The notes beneath the pieces are model-generated. The model saw nothing but the letters and a program-made list of their open reading frames with translations. It had not been told where the DNA came from and ran no database searches. Positions 50,515 to 64,000 of a stretch of DNA of 64,000 nt are shown here, piece by piece. The number at the start of each line of letters is the position of its first letter. Positions within the stretch are counted from its first letter, which is position 1. The translations under genes were made by a program, and so were the position numbers. Source of the stretch: Gekko japonicus (taxonomy: Eukaryota); NCBI RefSeq assembly GCF_001447785.1, contig NW_015165831.1, positions 1,364,064 through 1,428,063 of the forward strand. Direction: 5' to 3'.

Positions 50515-52864
50515 TTAAAAACCTTTGTCCATCAGCCACTCCTTCAGTTCCTCGTCAAAATAACCCTTGATGCGAATGAAACAGGCAACTTCATTGACTT
50601 GGGTGGCTGGTGTCCTTCCAGAAAGCTCTGTGAGGAATTCCTTCACTTCCTTCTCAAGGGCCTGTGGGAGAGAAGGAAGAGAGAGGAGTTCAGAAACCTA
50701 GTTCACATACTCTTCATTTAAAGAATCCCATCTCTTCTGAGCTACAAGTGCCAGGCAGGAACAATGCAGCTGTTTAGTAGTACAAACCCATTACAAACAC
50801 CTCTTGCCCTGTTTACCATCTATGTGGACCTTCTGACTTTCAACAATTGACTCTTGATGGGAAAATCTACCACCTAGCAGCTGAAATGCTGGGCCGGGGG
50901 GCTGTTATGCTCACCATCCTTTACTATCACAGCACCAAGAGGTGACAAACACCTACCCAAATATCACCTTCAACCTTCCTGATAAGTGTCATCTTTCTGC
51001 AGCCGTGGGTGGTTTCTCTGTAAACAGGAATGTTGTGCATGCGGGACCGCCGTACAAAATAAGGAAGGGCAGGAGGGGGATCTGACAAGAAAGCAGAGAA
51101 AACTGAAACATGAACAAAGTGTTTCTGGCTCTCATTCAAATCTTATGATGGAAGTAACACACCGTCCACTCAAAGCACAGAATGCAACAGCCTTGCTAAA
51201 CCTCACAGCTTTGCTGTTCACCTATGTAGAGACAGCTGCCTATATATATATATATATATATATGAACTGTTAACTTGCATTTCAATGTATCTGAGGAAGT
51301 GTGCGTTCACATGAAAGTCCATACCTTGAATAAACCTTTGTTGGTCTTAGTGCCACTGGACTCAAAATTTGTTCTACTGTTTTAGACCAACATTGCTGCC
51401 CACTAGTGTTCCCTCTAAGATGAGTTCACGTGAGCTAGTTCACAGTTTTTTAGCCTCTGGCTCACACATTTTTGTCTTAGCTCAGGAAGGATGGCTCAAG
51501 AGCAAACTGATTTATGCAGTAGCCAAATTGCTTGCTCACAACTTTAATGCCGGTACCTCACAAAGTAGAATTTTTGCTCACAAGACTCCACAGCTTAGAG
51601 GGATTAAGTGCCCACCTCAATGTAAGAACAGTTAGCTCTGCACAGTACAACTGACTACTAAGCCCTCTTTCCAACTAGCCACTCTACTAAATCCTCAATT
51701 TGTGTATCTTGTTTCAGCAGCAACATTTGATGTTCTATCAAGGATGAGGAAGAAAGGTGGTTTGGAGCGGTAGGAGGCAAAGGAAGAAGAACTGAATTAC
51801 TCAAAGTTGCATATTTACTATGTCAGGCCATTAATGCAATCCTACAAGGCCAGGCCTGCTTAGTTCCAGCAGAAGATAACATGTGCATTCAGTCTAAGGG
51901 TGCAGCTACACTAGTCCAAGACTCTACCAAACATAACCTATACATGTCCATGTCATGCTTACATTCCCAACCAGTGTCCCACCATATTTACCTTGTGGAG
52001 GCCTCCACCCAGATGGGGTGGGGTATGTGTCATGTTTGGGCGGTTCAGGTACTCTGGAGGGAGGTATAAGCCTCTCCACAAATCTATATTCTTCAATAGA
52101 TTCAACAATCCCTGGATATTTTAGGCCTGTAGGGTTGGGTTCAGCTGACTCCTGGCTCTGAAACACAGTGAGATTGCAGTCAACACACAATGTCTCCACT
52201 GAGAATTATTTTTTTGCTCCAGTGGGCTACGGAGAACTTTCATTGTTTGGCATGTGCTGCTCACATGTGAATGACAATGACAGAACACTTGCTATCCATG
52301 CAGATGTTCCCAGGTTCAGTCCCTAGCATCTCCTGTTAAATGGGTCAAACAGCACCTTAAGCAAAAGACTTCTACCTGAGACCTTGCATAGCTACCGACA
52401 GTCCAAGCAGACAATACTTATATTGATAGTCTGATTCAGTTTAACACAGCTTCATTTGTTTAAGCTTTCCATCACAAAAATTTGTCCCTGACAAGGTGGG
52501 AGCACCTCATTTAAGCTTCTGAGGACAAGAAACTGTGGCCATAATACACACTAGAATGCACATTTTCAGGGAGTCCAGAGGGGCTGCAGAGGGTCTCTGG
52601 ATAGGCAGTTTTGGGATTAGGATCATTATAAGCAGTTTTGCAGAACCTGCCAGGCATACTCTGAACTTCTCAGATATGGTGGCAGGCATCCATGCTGCTT
52701 TGCGAATAACACTGTGTTGACTGTTATGCTCTCTCAATATGTACATTTATAGCTTACTACTTTCTTAAATACTATACACAACCAACACATTCCACTCTGA
52801 ATTCACTGGATGAAGGGGAGGATAACAATAAAATGTATTTATTTATAACATTTATATGCCGATG

Positions 52865-52952
<88 letters not shown>

Positions 52953-53547
52953 TGTAAATAATGCTCTGTAGTTCCCAGTACAGTATACAGATAGTAATCA
53001 CTACCACCCTCTTCATTTGTTTCTTTTGCTGGCATAACTCTTTTAAAAGGCAAGAAGATGAAGGGGGAGAGATGCTAAAAACTACTAAATTTCTGCCTGC
53101 TATATAGTTACTATTAGAAAAGAGCAAGAGTCCAGTAGCACCTTAAAGACTAACAAAATATGTGAGGGAATGAGCTTCCATGAGTCACTGCTGTACCTGA
53201 AGAAGTGAGCAGTGACTCACGAAAGTTTTGTTAGTCTTTAAGGTGCTACTGGACTCTTGCTCTTTTCTATTCCTACAGACAGACTGACATGGTTATCCAT
53301 CTTGATAACGCTACCATGGAAAGGAATTCCTGGGCGTTAGAAAACTAGTGTTTCCCCCTTTCTTTCTCAGGTTCGTCTACGGCGTCCTCCAAACCAAGCT
53401 ACATCTGCCCAGTCCCATGCAAAGCCTTCCCCCCGCCCCAGTGACCCCTACCAGATAGGCCGCTCCTAAAGACAGCAGCCGTTGCATTCGTACGTCCAGC
53501 ACCCGTGCCCTCCGCAGCCCAACTCTCGCTACCGCCAGGGCCGCCAT
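50515..53547 (-). CDS. MRPL49: Mitochondrial ribosomal protein mL49, ~177 aa; complement join(53452..53547,51992..52157,50957..51081,50515..50661)
   Basis: Arg-rich targeting peptide [16 protein letters not shown]..., [57 protein letters not shown]...[12 protein letters not shown]|[10 protein letters not shown]...[18 protein letters not shown]; GT-AG introns; head-to-head with FAU. Confidence 0.96.
51404..51607. mobile_element. hAT-type MITE, family A copy 3
   Basis: tagtgttccctctaag...cagcttagaggg; near-TSD ctgcccac/gtgcccac. Confidence 0.8.
52867..52950. repeat. Compound (CT)n(CA)n microsatellite in MRPL49 intron 1
   Basis: Directly visible. Confidence 0.95.
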
Positions 53548-53777
53548 CTTTCCCCCTCCCGGATCCTCCGCGCGGTGGCCGCCGGGAACGAACCGGGGGG
53601 GGGGGGAGCACCATAGAGATAGAAAAATGCGAGCGTAAAACATTATATACACTTCCGGTAAAATTGGAAGCCACCTCTGGCCGTGATGAAAGAAGAATTG
53701 CGTCTCTCGGCATTAAAAGTTTCTGTGGTGAAAAGCTATAAAATAATTCTTTATCTGTATTTGTCTATCTGTATGTC

Positions 53778-54170
53778 TCAGAGGGTAACCAGCTCGGTCT
53801 GCAGTGGGACAGAATCAGGAGGGGTAGCCGTGTTGGTTTAAAGCAGCGAAACAAAGCTGGAGTCCAGTGGCACTTTTAAGACCAACAAGGTTTTATTCAA
53901 GGTATAGGCTTTCGTGTGCACGCACACTTCGTCAGACACAATGACACAGACGCAAAGCAGTGAGACAGACCAGGAGCACCTTAGAGATCAACAAGATTTT
54001 CAAGGTATAAGCTTTCGAGAATGTGTCTGACGAAGGCTGCTTTGACTCTCCTGAAAATCTTCTTGGTCTCTAAGGGGCTACAGATTCGAATCCAGTAGAG
54101 CCTTACAGACCAGGCCAACAAGATTTTCAAGGTCTAAGCTTTGACAGTCAACGCTCCCTTCATCAGACAC
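53778..54170. mobile_element. Cluster of Penelope-like fragments inside the MRPL49/FAU promoter interval
   Basis: Three or more gagtccagtggcac...aagaccaacaag...aaggtataagcttt units plus one inverted copy. Confidence 0.65.
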
Positions 54171-54431
54171 GAGTAGGAAAGGAGAGCTCTGAGTCTTTAA
54201 TCCCCAGACGTTGGCGTGTCCCTTTAGTCTTTATGTACCTCTACAGCAAAAATGGCTGCGCGGATTGATGACGACATCAAGCCGACAAGTTGTGTTCATG
54301 AGAGAACGGAGAGGAAGGAAGATTGTGCGTAATCATAGACGAGAGCGGACGCTTCCTCAGTGCGCCTGCGTATGCAAAGCCCCGCCCTCCCCGTTTACTT
54401 CTCTTATCTGCGTGCGCGGGGTTCCGGAAGT

Positions 54432-54474
54432 TTCCTTTTCTCTCCGGTCTCCATCTTGGGACGGCGTGCGACTG
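54432..54474 (+). promoter_or_regulatory. FAU: FAU non-coding exon 1 with 5'-terminal oligopyrimidine (TOP) tract
   Basis: ttccttttctctcc start, YY1 ccatctt, donor ctg|gtgagg; typical ribosomal protein gene leader. Confidence 0.75.
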
Positions 54475-54683
54475 GTGAGGCTGAAGGGGCTGAAAAGAGG
54501 GTGGCTGAGGGGAACTGGAACGATCCACTCGCTTGACGAAAAGGAGGGAGGCGGGTTTGCGGGTTCTTTCCCCAAATTTCACCGAGGGGGCTGAGAATAA
54601 GCGGATCCCTGAGTTTGCGCGGCGAGGGCCAGCTGGATCGCGACTCCCGGGTTCTCTTTTGGACGGGGAAGACGACTGGTGAG

Positions 54684-54889
54684 CAGTCTTCCCTCTAAGC
54701 TGAGTTAGTGTGAGCTAGCTCACAGTTTTTTAGCCTCTGCCTCACACATTTTTGTCTTAGCTCAGGAAGGAGGGCTCCAGAGCAAACTAATTTATGCAGA
54801 AGCCAAATCGCTCGCTCACAACTTTAATGCCAGTAGCTCACAAAGTAGAATTTCTGCTCACAAGACTCCGCAGCTTAGAGGGAACATTG
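54684..54889. mobile_element. hAT-type MITE, family A copy 4 (FAU intron 1)
   Basis: TIR cagtcttccctctaag / cttagagggaacattg; perfect TSD ctggtgag. Confidence 0.9.
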
Positions 54890-55708
54890 CTGGTGAGCCA
54901 GGATGTTTTGAGGGGAGGGTGCTGGAAGTTAAAAGCCAGAACTCCTGGCTGCGGTTTATTTTGGAGGAATCAAGAGTTGGGGTCCAACTGGGCATGAATT
55001 GTTTGTTTAAATCTTGGGAAGAGGGGGGGGAGTAAACTGTAACTATCGTGGTGAAGGGAAGAGGGTTCTGGTTTCTTCCAGGGGTTTGAGGCTTCCGAGG
55101 TTTTTGAAGGTGAATCCAGTAAGAGCTCAGACACATGCGTTCTGTTTCAGGGTAGTGGTGAGGAGATGAGGTTTTATTTATTTATTTTATTTCTATCCTG
55201 CCCTTCCCACTTGTGGTCTCAGGGTGGATTACAATATATAAAACTCACAACAATAAAAACCAACTTTAATAAAATCACTAACCCCTTAAAGGAGAGGACT
55301 CCTGTGCTCTTTGGTGGATCAGTGGGAGAGATGGGAAGCGGGTTTTTTGGAGAGCGGGGATTCTGATTCTGCAAAGGTATTGATAGGAAGGATAAAAAAA
55401 GATAAGGGATAAGAATCCTCAGTCCCTGGAGGAGGGTTGGGAGTAGATTTCTTCTCACTCTTAGAATGCAAAAACAGGATTTTTCTTTCTCTCTACACTA
55501 CCCTAGCGTGCAGAACAGATCAGTCAGCTGATTTCCCCCCAAGTTTAGAGAGGCTGGTCCTGGTCAAGTTGATGGCACTGAACATTTGGAGAAATGTGGT
55601 TCTTGCCTCTGGCACGAGCAGTGTCCAGGATGGTCCTTCTGGGCTGGACTCTGTTCTTTAGAGAGTAAAGTCTTAATCTCACTGCTCTTCCTCAGTACAG
55701 CAGGAACC

Positions 55709-58528
<2,820 letters not shown>

Positions 58529-58545
58529 ATAGCACCTAGTTACCT

Positions 58546-58551
58546 AATAAA
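58546..58551 (+). terminator. FAU polyadenylation signal AATAAA
   Basis: 17 nt after the stop, followed by GU-rich tggtgtggtttct. Confidence 0.85.
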
Positions 58552-59366
58552 TCTGATATTTGCTTGGACCATTCTCCTGGTGTGGTTTCTCTTTGGAATA
58601 GGTGTAAAAATGCTTTGTGCCATCTGGGGTCAGTGCTGTAGATAATCACAGCTGTAAGTCATGAACAGGAGAGTCCTGCTGGTTCAGATAAAAGGGCTGT
58701 CTAATCCAGTCTCCTCTTCAGAGACCAGTCGTATGCCCCCAGAAAGGCTACAAGCAGGGAATGAGGACAATAGCCCTTCCCTTATAGCTTATCCTAATAT
58801 CTGGTATTCAAGGGTATATTGTCTCAGAATGTTGTGTATATATAATTTGTTTGGATTTTTATGTTGTCAAACTCTTCCATTTTGAAATAATTTCTCTGCA
58901 GAACACACGACTGGGGAAGCCAGCAAAAAGATGCTTAAGTCTTTATAATTGCCTGGTTATCAACCTTCCCCTTAAAAGGCTAAATGCTGTTGAGGGGTTC
59001 TAAAGTTACGTAGAAGTCTTCAATGGCTGCATGTATAAACCTTACCAGCCATTTTAACTATGTTCACAAAAACGAGATGTTAAATGAAGTATTTAAAACA
59101 GGCAAGTTCTTTGGTCTTCTGTCCTGTTATACAAGTGCAGTGCTGGCTTTGACCTGTAACATAACTTCAGCATCAGCGTGCTGCTTCACAGTCTAAGCAT
59201 AATGCAAGCGGTTTATGAAGAAGGAAGGGAAAGGTTAAGAGGGCAAAGGGATGTGACCAAATACAGTTGTACACGTTTAAGCATCCATTGGATATGTGAA
59301 GAGTTTTTTGGCTATACCACTTCAACCTAGTGGAAGGGTGTGGGTAGGAAAAATTAAGTTTGCCAT

Positions 59367-59807
59367 GGCACCGGTCGCGCGGGAGGATTTGCCCTGCGAA
59401 ACGGACGGGTTGAGGGCGGATTAAACCAGCGCGATTAGATGCTAACATCTGGGAAGTGTCGCGCTCCCGCCCCCAACCCATTGCTACCGGCCAAAAACGC
59501 GGATTTAAAAGAGACCTGCAAAAGACTACTACTTACTGGGAAACGCGCAGCATGGGTGGCTGTGTGATCGCCGACGCGCCCGTATCCCATGGTATGCGAG
59601 GCCCTGCCACACCGCATCCGCAAAACTGCGCAGCTGCCTCGCCTCACCCTTCGTCCCATCACTTCCCCCTTGGCATGTGATTGTGCCGGGGAGCAAATGT
59701 GGCGCCGCTTGGGGGATCTGTATGATCCTGATGCCGTGCTTCAATTTGCTGTGGCTCTAAAAAGCTGCATTTCTGCTGTGGCTTTTCCCGCTAGTGTGAC
59801 CGGGGAC
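59367..59807. mobile_element. PIF/Harbinger-like MITE, family C copy 3
   Basis: TIR GGCACCGGTCGCGC / GTGTGACCGGGGAC; 3-bp TSD cat/cat. Confidence 0.75.
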
Positions 59808-60269
59808 CATGTGTAGCATCTCGTGCCAGTTTGCTATCAGCAGGGGATTATGTTGTATTAGGTAGTATACAGTTGTGTTAACCCTGACTTGCATTCTAAT
59901 GTAGTACAGCCTATATCTCCAAAAAATCAGGTCCTTGGTTTCCGATTTATAAGGATAAAAATGCAGTATGCTTCACTCCCCTTTTGCCTGATGTCTGTAG
60001 AGGATGTGGAGGGGAGTTGAGGTACTGCTTTAAATGTAGACCACTGGTCTGGTGTATAGGGACTAACAATGAACTATAATGAGGTTGATCCCTGGTTCAA
60101 ATCTTGCCTTTGGTATTAATTCACTGGGTGCTCCTAAGCAAGACATGGTCTCTTACTCAGCTACCTATCTGAAAGACAGGCATAACAGCCTACCTTATAA
60201 GCTAGGGTCTGTAAAGTCCTTTGAATACTGAAGGCTTTGTATTTCCTGTAAGCAAAATGGAACTTCCTG

Positions 60270-61806
60270 AGGACTGGAAGGTAGCTAATGTCACTCCCAT
60301 CTTTAAAAAGGGTTCCAGAGGAGATCCGGGAAATTACAGGCCAGTCAGTCTGACGTCGATACCAGGTAAATTGGTGGAAACCATTATTAAGGAAAGAATT
60401 AGTAGGCACATAGATGAACAAAACCTATTGAGGCAGACTCAGCATGGGTTCTGTAAGGAAAGATCTTGTCTCACTAACCTGTTAGTGTTCTTTGAGGGGG
60501 TGAACAAACATGTGGACAAGGGGGATCCAATAGATATTGTTTACCTTGACTTCCAGAAAGCTTTTGATAAAGTTCCTTATCAAAGGCTCCTAAGTAATCT
60601 CAAAAATCATGGGATAAAAGGAAAAGTCCTTTTATGGATCAAAAACTGGCTATTTAATAGAAAACAAGAGAGAGTATAAATGGGCAATTTTCTCAGTGGA
60701 GGAGGGTGGTAAGCAGTGGGGTACTGCAGGGATCAGTACTTGGTCCACTGCTTTTTAACTTGTTCATTAATGATTTGGAGTTGGGAGTAAGCAGTGAATG
60801 ATATGAAGTTGTTCAGGGTGGTGAAAACCAGGGAGGATTGTGAGGCACTCCAAAGGGATCTGTCAAGGATGGGCAAGTGGGCGTCAACATGGCAAATTGG
60901 GTTCAATGTGGCCAAGTGCAAGGTGCTACACATTGGAGCCAAAAATCTTAAATATAAATACACATTGATGGGGTCTGAACTGGCAGAGACTGAGCAAGAG
61001 AGAGATCTTGGAGTTGTAGTGGATAACTCACTGAAAATGTCGAGACAGTGTGTGACTGCAATAAAGAAGGCCAATGCTATGCTGGGGATTATTAGGAAGG
61101 GTATTGAAAACAGATCAGCCAGTATCATAATGCCCCTATATAAATCAATAGTGCGACCTCATTTGGAATACTGTGTGCAGTTCTGGTCGTCACACCTTAA
61201 AAAGGATAATATAGCTTTGGAAAAAGTGCAGAAAAGGGCAACTCAAATGATAAAAGGGTTGGAACACTTTCCCTATGAGGAAAGGTTAAAGCACTTAGGG
61301 CTCTAGCTTGGAGAGACGATGACTGAGGGGTGACATGATTGAAGTTTATAAGATTATGCATGGGATAGAGCAGGTAGAGAAAGAGGTACTTTTCTCCCTT
61401 TATCACAATACAATAACTGGTGGGCACTCCATGAAATTGCTGAGTGGTCGGGTTAGAGCGGATAAAAGGAAGTACTTCTTCACCCAAAGAGTGATTAACA
61501 CTTGGAATTCACTGCCACAGGAAGTGGTGGCGGCTACAAGCATGGACGGCTTCAAAAGGGAATTAGATAAGCATATGGAGCAGAGGTCCATCAGTGGCTA
61601 TTAGCCACAAGTTATAGATAGGAACTCTCAGTCTGGGGCAAGTGATGCTCTGTCTTCTTGGTGCTTGGGGGGGGGGGGTCAACAGTGGGAAGGCTTCTAA
61701 TGTCCTGGCCCCACTGGTGGACCTCCTGATGACACTGGTATTTCTGGCCACTGTGTGATACAGAGTTTTGGACTGGATGGGCCTTTGGCCTGATCCAAGT
61801 TCTTAT
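60270..61806 (+). mobile_element. 5'-truncated CR1 LINE (RT domain + 3' UTR), frameshifted
   Basis: PEDWKVANVTPIFKKGSRGDPGNYRPVSLTSIPGK...YLDFQKAFDKVP...RPHLEYCVQFW...YEERLKHLGL; 10-bp TSD gaacttcctg (60260-60269, 61807-61816). Confidence 0.95.
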
Positions 61807-62000
61807 GAACTTCCTGTTGCCTGCCAGAGGTGGTCAAAAAGGTCCCTGTACTTATTATTACTTCTGTCATTTCACAGAATGTGCAAAACAAATCTTCAGG
61901 AGGGACTTTCTGAGGGTATATATGCTAATATAAAGGAGCAGGTTAACTGATTGCTTCTGTAAGGAACAGTATTGTAGTTTATTGGGATGTTTATGTATTG

Positions 62001-62185
62001 GTGATGGAAAGTGCCCTCAAGTCACAGCTGATTTATGGTAATCCGGTAGAGTTTTCAGAGGTAGTTTGCCATTGCCTGCCTCTGCCTCATAACCGTAGTA
62101 TTCCTTGGAGGTTTCCAGTCCAAATACTTGCCAGGGCTGACCTGGTTTAGCTTCTGGGATAGGAGCGGATTGGGCTAGCCTGGGG
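62001..62185 (-). mobile_element. 5S rRNA-headed SINE (SINE3)
   Basis: Reverse strand: cagaagctaaaccaggtcagccctggcaagtatttggactggaaacctccaaggaatac, then gaggcaggcaatggcaaactacctctg tail. Confidence 0.7.
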
Positions 62186-62682
62186 TCAGGCCATTCTGTG
62201 TATTGCTTCCCTCTTTTTCCTACAGCATCCTCGACCTTTGTAACCCCTTTTCTTGATTGTGGTATTGTGGCCTTAGACAATTTTTAGTTGCACAATTTCC
62301 CAGTTCTTTCATCCTGATCCTACTGCATTGTTTTTGGGAGGTTTTCACGTTTTTTAATCTGCTTTGTGCCTCCCTGAGATAGGTGGGCTATAAATAAGAG
62401 CAAGGAGTGTGTGTGGGTATGCATGACAGCATGGACAGGCCGCCCCTTTGCCCCCTTCTGCCATGGCTGGCTACTCCTCCCCTGACAGTCTGCCGGTCTC
62501 AGAATGGCCGAGGAGGGAGGGTTCCTTCACCTCTCCCTTCCACCGGCTTGCTGAGTCTCCCTGCCCTCCTCCTTGCTGCTCCAGACTCCAGCGCATTCTT
62601 CCAGTTTCATTCTCACATCTGGTCAGCTGTGCTGGTCCAGTGACACCTTTAAGACCAACATAAACTTTGTTGGTCTTAAAGG

Positions 62683-63382
62683 TGTAAGACAGAAACTCTG
62701 TCACAGGTGGTGCTTCCCCAGCCCAATTTGAGAAAGCACTCGGCAGTCTTGTAGAGGAGAATCCAAACTTTAAAACTTTATTAATAAAGGAGGAAAAGTA
62801 CAGGCACAACAAGGTTTTGAACCCGTGAGTACCCACAGCTCTCCCTAAGGTTACAATGGGAGACATAGGGTTTTATACTTCACATTACATCAGAGAAATA
62901 AAACAGAATTATTGGTTCCATCAAGCATTGTCAAATTTCATCACCTATTTCCCATTGGGTTAAGACGGGGGGGGGTGGTTGTTCCCAGGCAGAGTTCTTC
63001 TTTTCCTAACAGAACGGTACACACCTAACAGAACAATACACTTTTCTTTCAGAAGCTATGAAGCTGCATGTTGTATCTATATGATATGGTTACAGAGTGC
63101 TTACTGTTCTTCATTCTAGCTAGGCTAACTGACATCAGAAACATGTGCAGTTGTAGCTGGCCAGAACGAGCAAGGTCATGGGTAGCATAACTGTGTATCA
63201 ACATTTCAGCCTTCTTCCCAGCTTGCATTCAAACAACAGTCACAAATGAACGAAAGTTAATACCTGAATACATCCATGATGTTAGAATCATCTGTATTAT
63301 GGAAGTGCTAAGTATACCTACTAAGTTAAACCTGTTAGGCAGTGGCAGAGTACAAAGTGGTTCATAAAATGTGCCTACAACA
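62683..63382 (-). mobile_element. Solo LTR (700 bp), 4-bp TSD, nested in a Penelope-like fragment
   Basis: TGTAAG...CAACA termini, TSD aagg; removing it restores gttggtcttaaaggtgccactggactc; minus-strand TATAAAA (~62875) and AATAAA (~62780). Confidence 0.85.
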
Positions 63383-63639
63383 AAGGTGCCACTGGACTCT
63401 AAATTTCTCACATCTGTTCTCTTGCATTTATGTGGTAATTTGCTGCCTTCCATTTAAACTACTGGCCACCCATTCCAATAGGCATCTGGGCTCTGAGTGG
63501 CCTCTCTCCTAAGGGCTTACTCCCCACTCTTTTCCTGTAAGGAGCTTTTGAGATTTTATTCCAGTTTTGTCTGAAGAAGTGTGTTTTGTACATGAAACCT
63601 TGCGCTTTGAATAAAATTTAGTTGCTCTCCAAGGTTTCA

Positions 63640-63953
63640 CCTAACTCAAACTTTGCTCCCCGACCTCAGCGTCCCTGCCCTTTATAAAGTACTTCTCCAC
63701 CCCTCTTGGCCTCGCTCCTTTATCTCCCGACTCTGGCCGTTTGGGCGTGGGGCAGCGCCCCTGCACTCCGGAGGCTCCTTTGCCCTTCCCGGCTCGGGTC
63801 TTCTCACAGTCGCGAGCTCGGCTTGGCCCACTCGACAAGGACCGGAATTGCCCGAGTAAAAACGAAGGCGAGGCCTTTTCAGAAACGGAAATGACCGACA
63901 ACTGACGGAAATTCCCGAACTCTCTCGGATTCCTCGAGCATGTGTTCCCGACG
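63640..63953 (+). promoter_or_regulatory. CpG promoter of the next gene
   Basis: CpG-rich, GC box gggcgtggggc, ETS-like cggaaat x2. Confidence 0.65.
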
Positions 63954-64000
63954 ATGGAAGCCGAAAGTTCGAGTCCCTCTTCCGACCCTTGCTGTGAGCT
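63954..64000 (+). CDS. ZNHIT2: Probable N-terminus of zinc finger HIT domain-containing protein 2 (runs off the window)
   Basis: Kozak ACGATGG, MEAESSSPSSDPCCEL... resembles the ME..GPCxxC start of ZNHIT2, which lies directly downstream of FAU on the same strand in mammals; only 15 codons visible. Confidence 0.45.
   Translation, partial: MEAESSSPSSDPCCE

Larger units (their letters stand above)
53540..54474. promoter_or_regulatory. Divergent MRPL49/FAU promoter region
   Basis: YY1 motif AAGATGGCGGC over the MRPL49 ATG, ETS cacttccggt (~53650), YY1-like aaaatggctgc (~54248), NRF1-like tgcgcctgcg (54361), GC box, ttccggaag directly before the FAU TOP tract. Confidence 0.8.

Noticed and set aside
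53778-54170. CRISPR-like repeat-spacer array
   Set aside because: Vertebrate DNA; the units are irregular, diverged and partly inverted retroelement fragments, and there are no cas genes.
60221-61306. Active reverse transcriptase gene
   Set aside because: 5'-truncated CR1 with stops, frameshifts and a deletion across the catalytic ADD region.

Overview
Vertebrate genomic DNA, most likely a squamate and probably a gecko, inferred from its Sauria-SINE, Squam3-like SINE, BovB, CR1 and Penelope-like repeats. I rebuilt five intron-containing genes exon by exon, with consistent phases and splice sites. They are SNX15 (+, 8 coding exons, 84..9719), SAC3D1 (+, 2 exons, 18870..20767), a katanin p80 gene KATNB1 (+, 19 coding exons, 26982..47489, last exon partly in a 44-N gap), MRPL49 (-, 4 exons, 53547..50515) and FAU (+, 4 coding exons, 55709..58528, with a 5'TOP leader). 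A probable ZNHIT2 start lies at the right edge. Apart from KATNB1, these genes belong to the block syntenic with human 11q13. The most notable observation is that a full intron-containing KATNB1 (human 16q21) sits at an apparent inversion breakpoint of this block. It has an RFX X-box promoter, a GC-AG intron and radical substitutions at normally conserved residues. Introns and intergenic DNA are dense with transposons: hAT and Harbinger-like MITEs with target-site duplications (TSDs), solo LTRs, and 5S- and tRNA-derived SINEs. I found no CRISPR array and no true tRNA or rRNA gene, and I cannot support a wholly new biological system beyond these leads. Comparisons with human sequences and gene order are from memory, not from a search.
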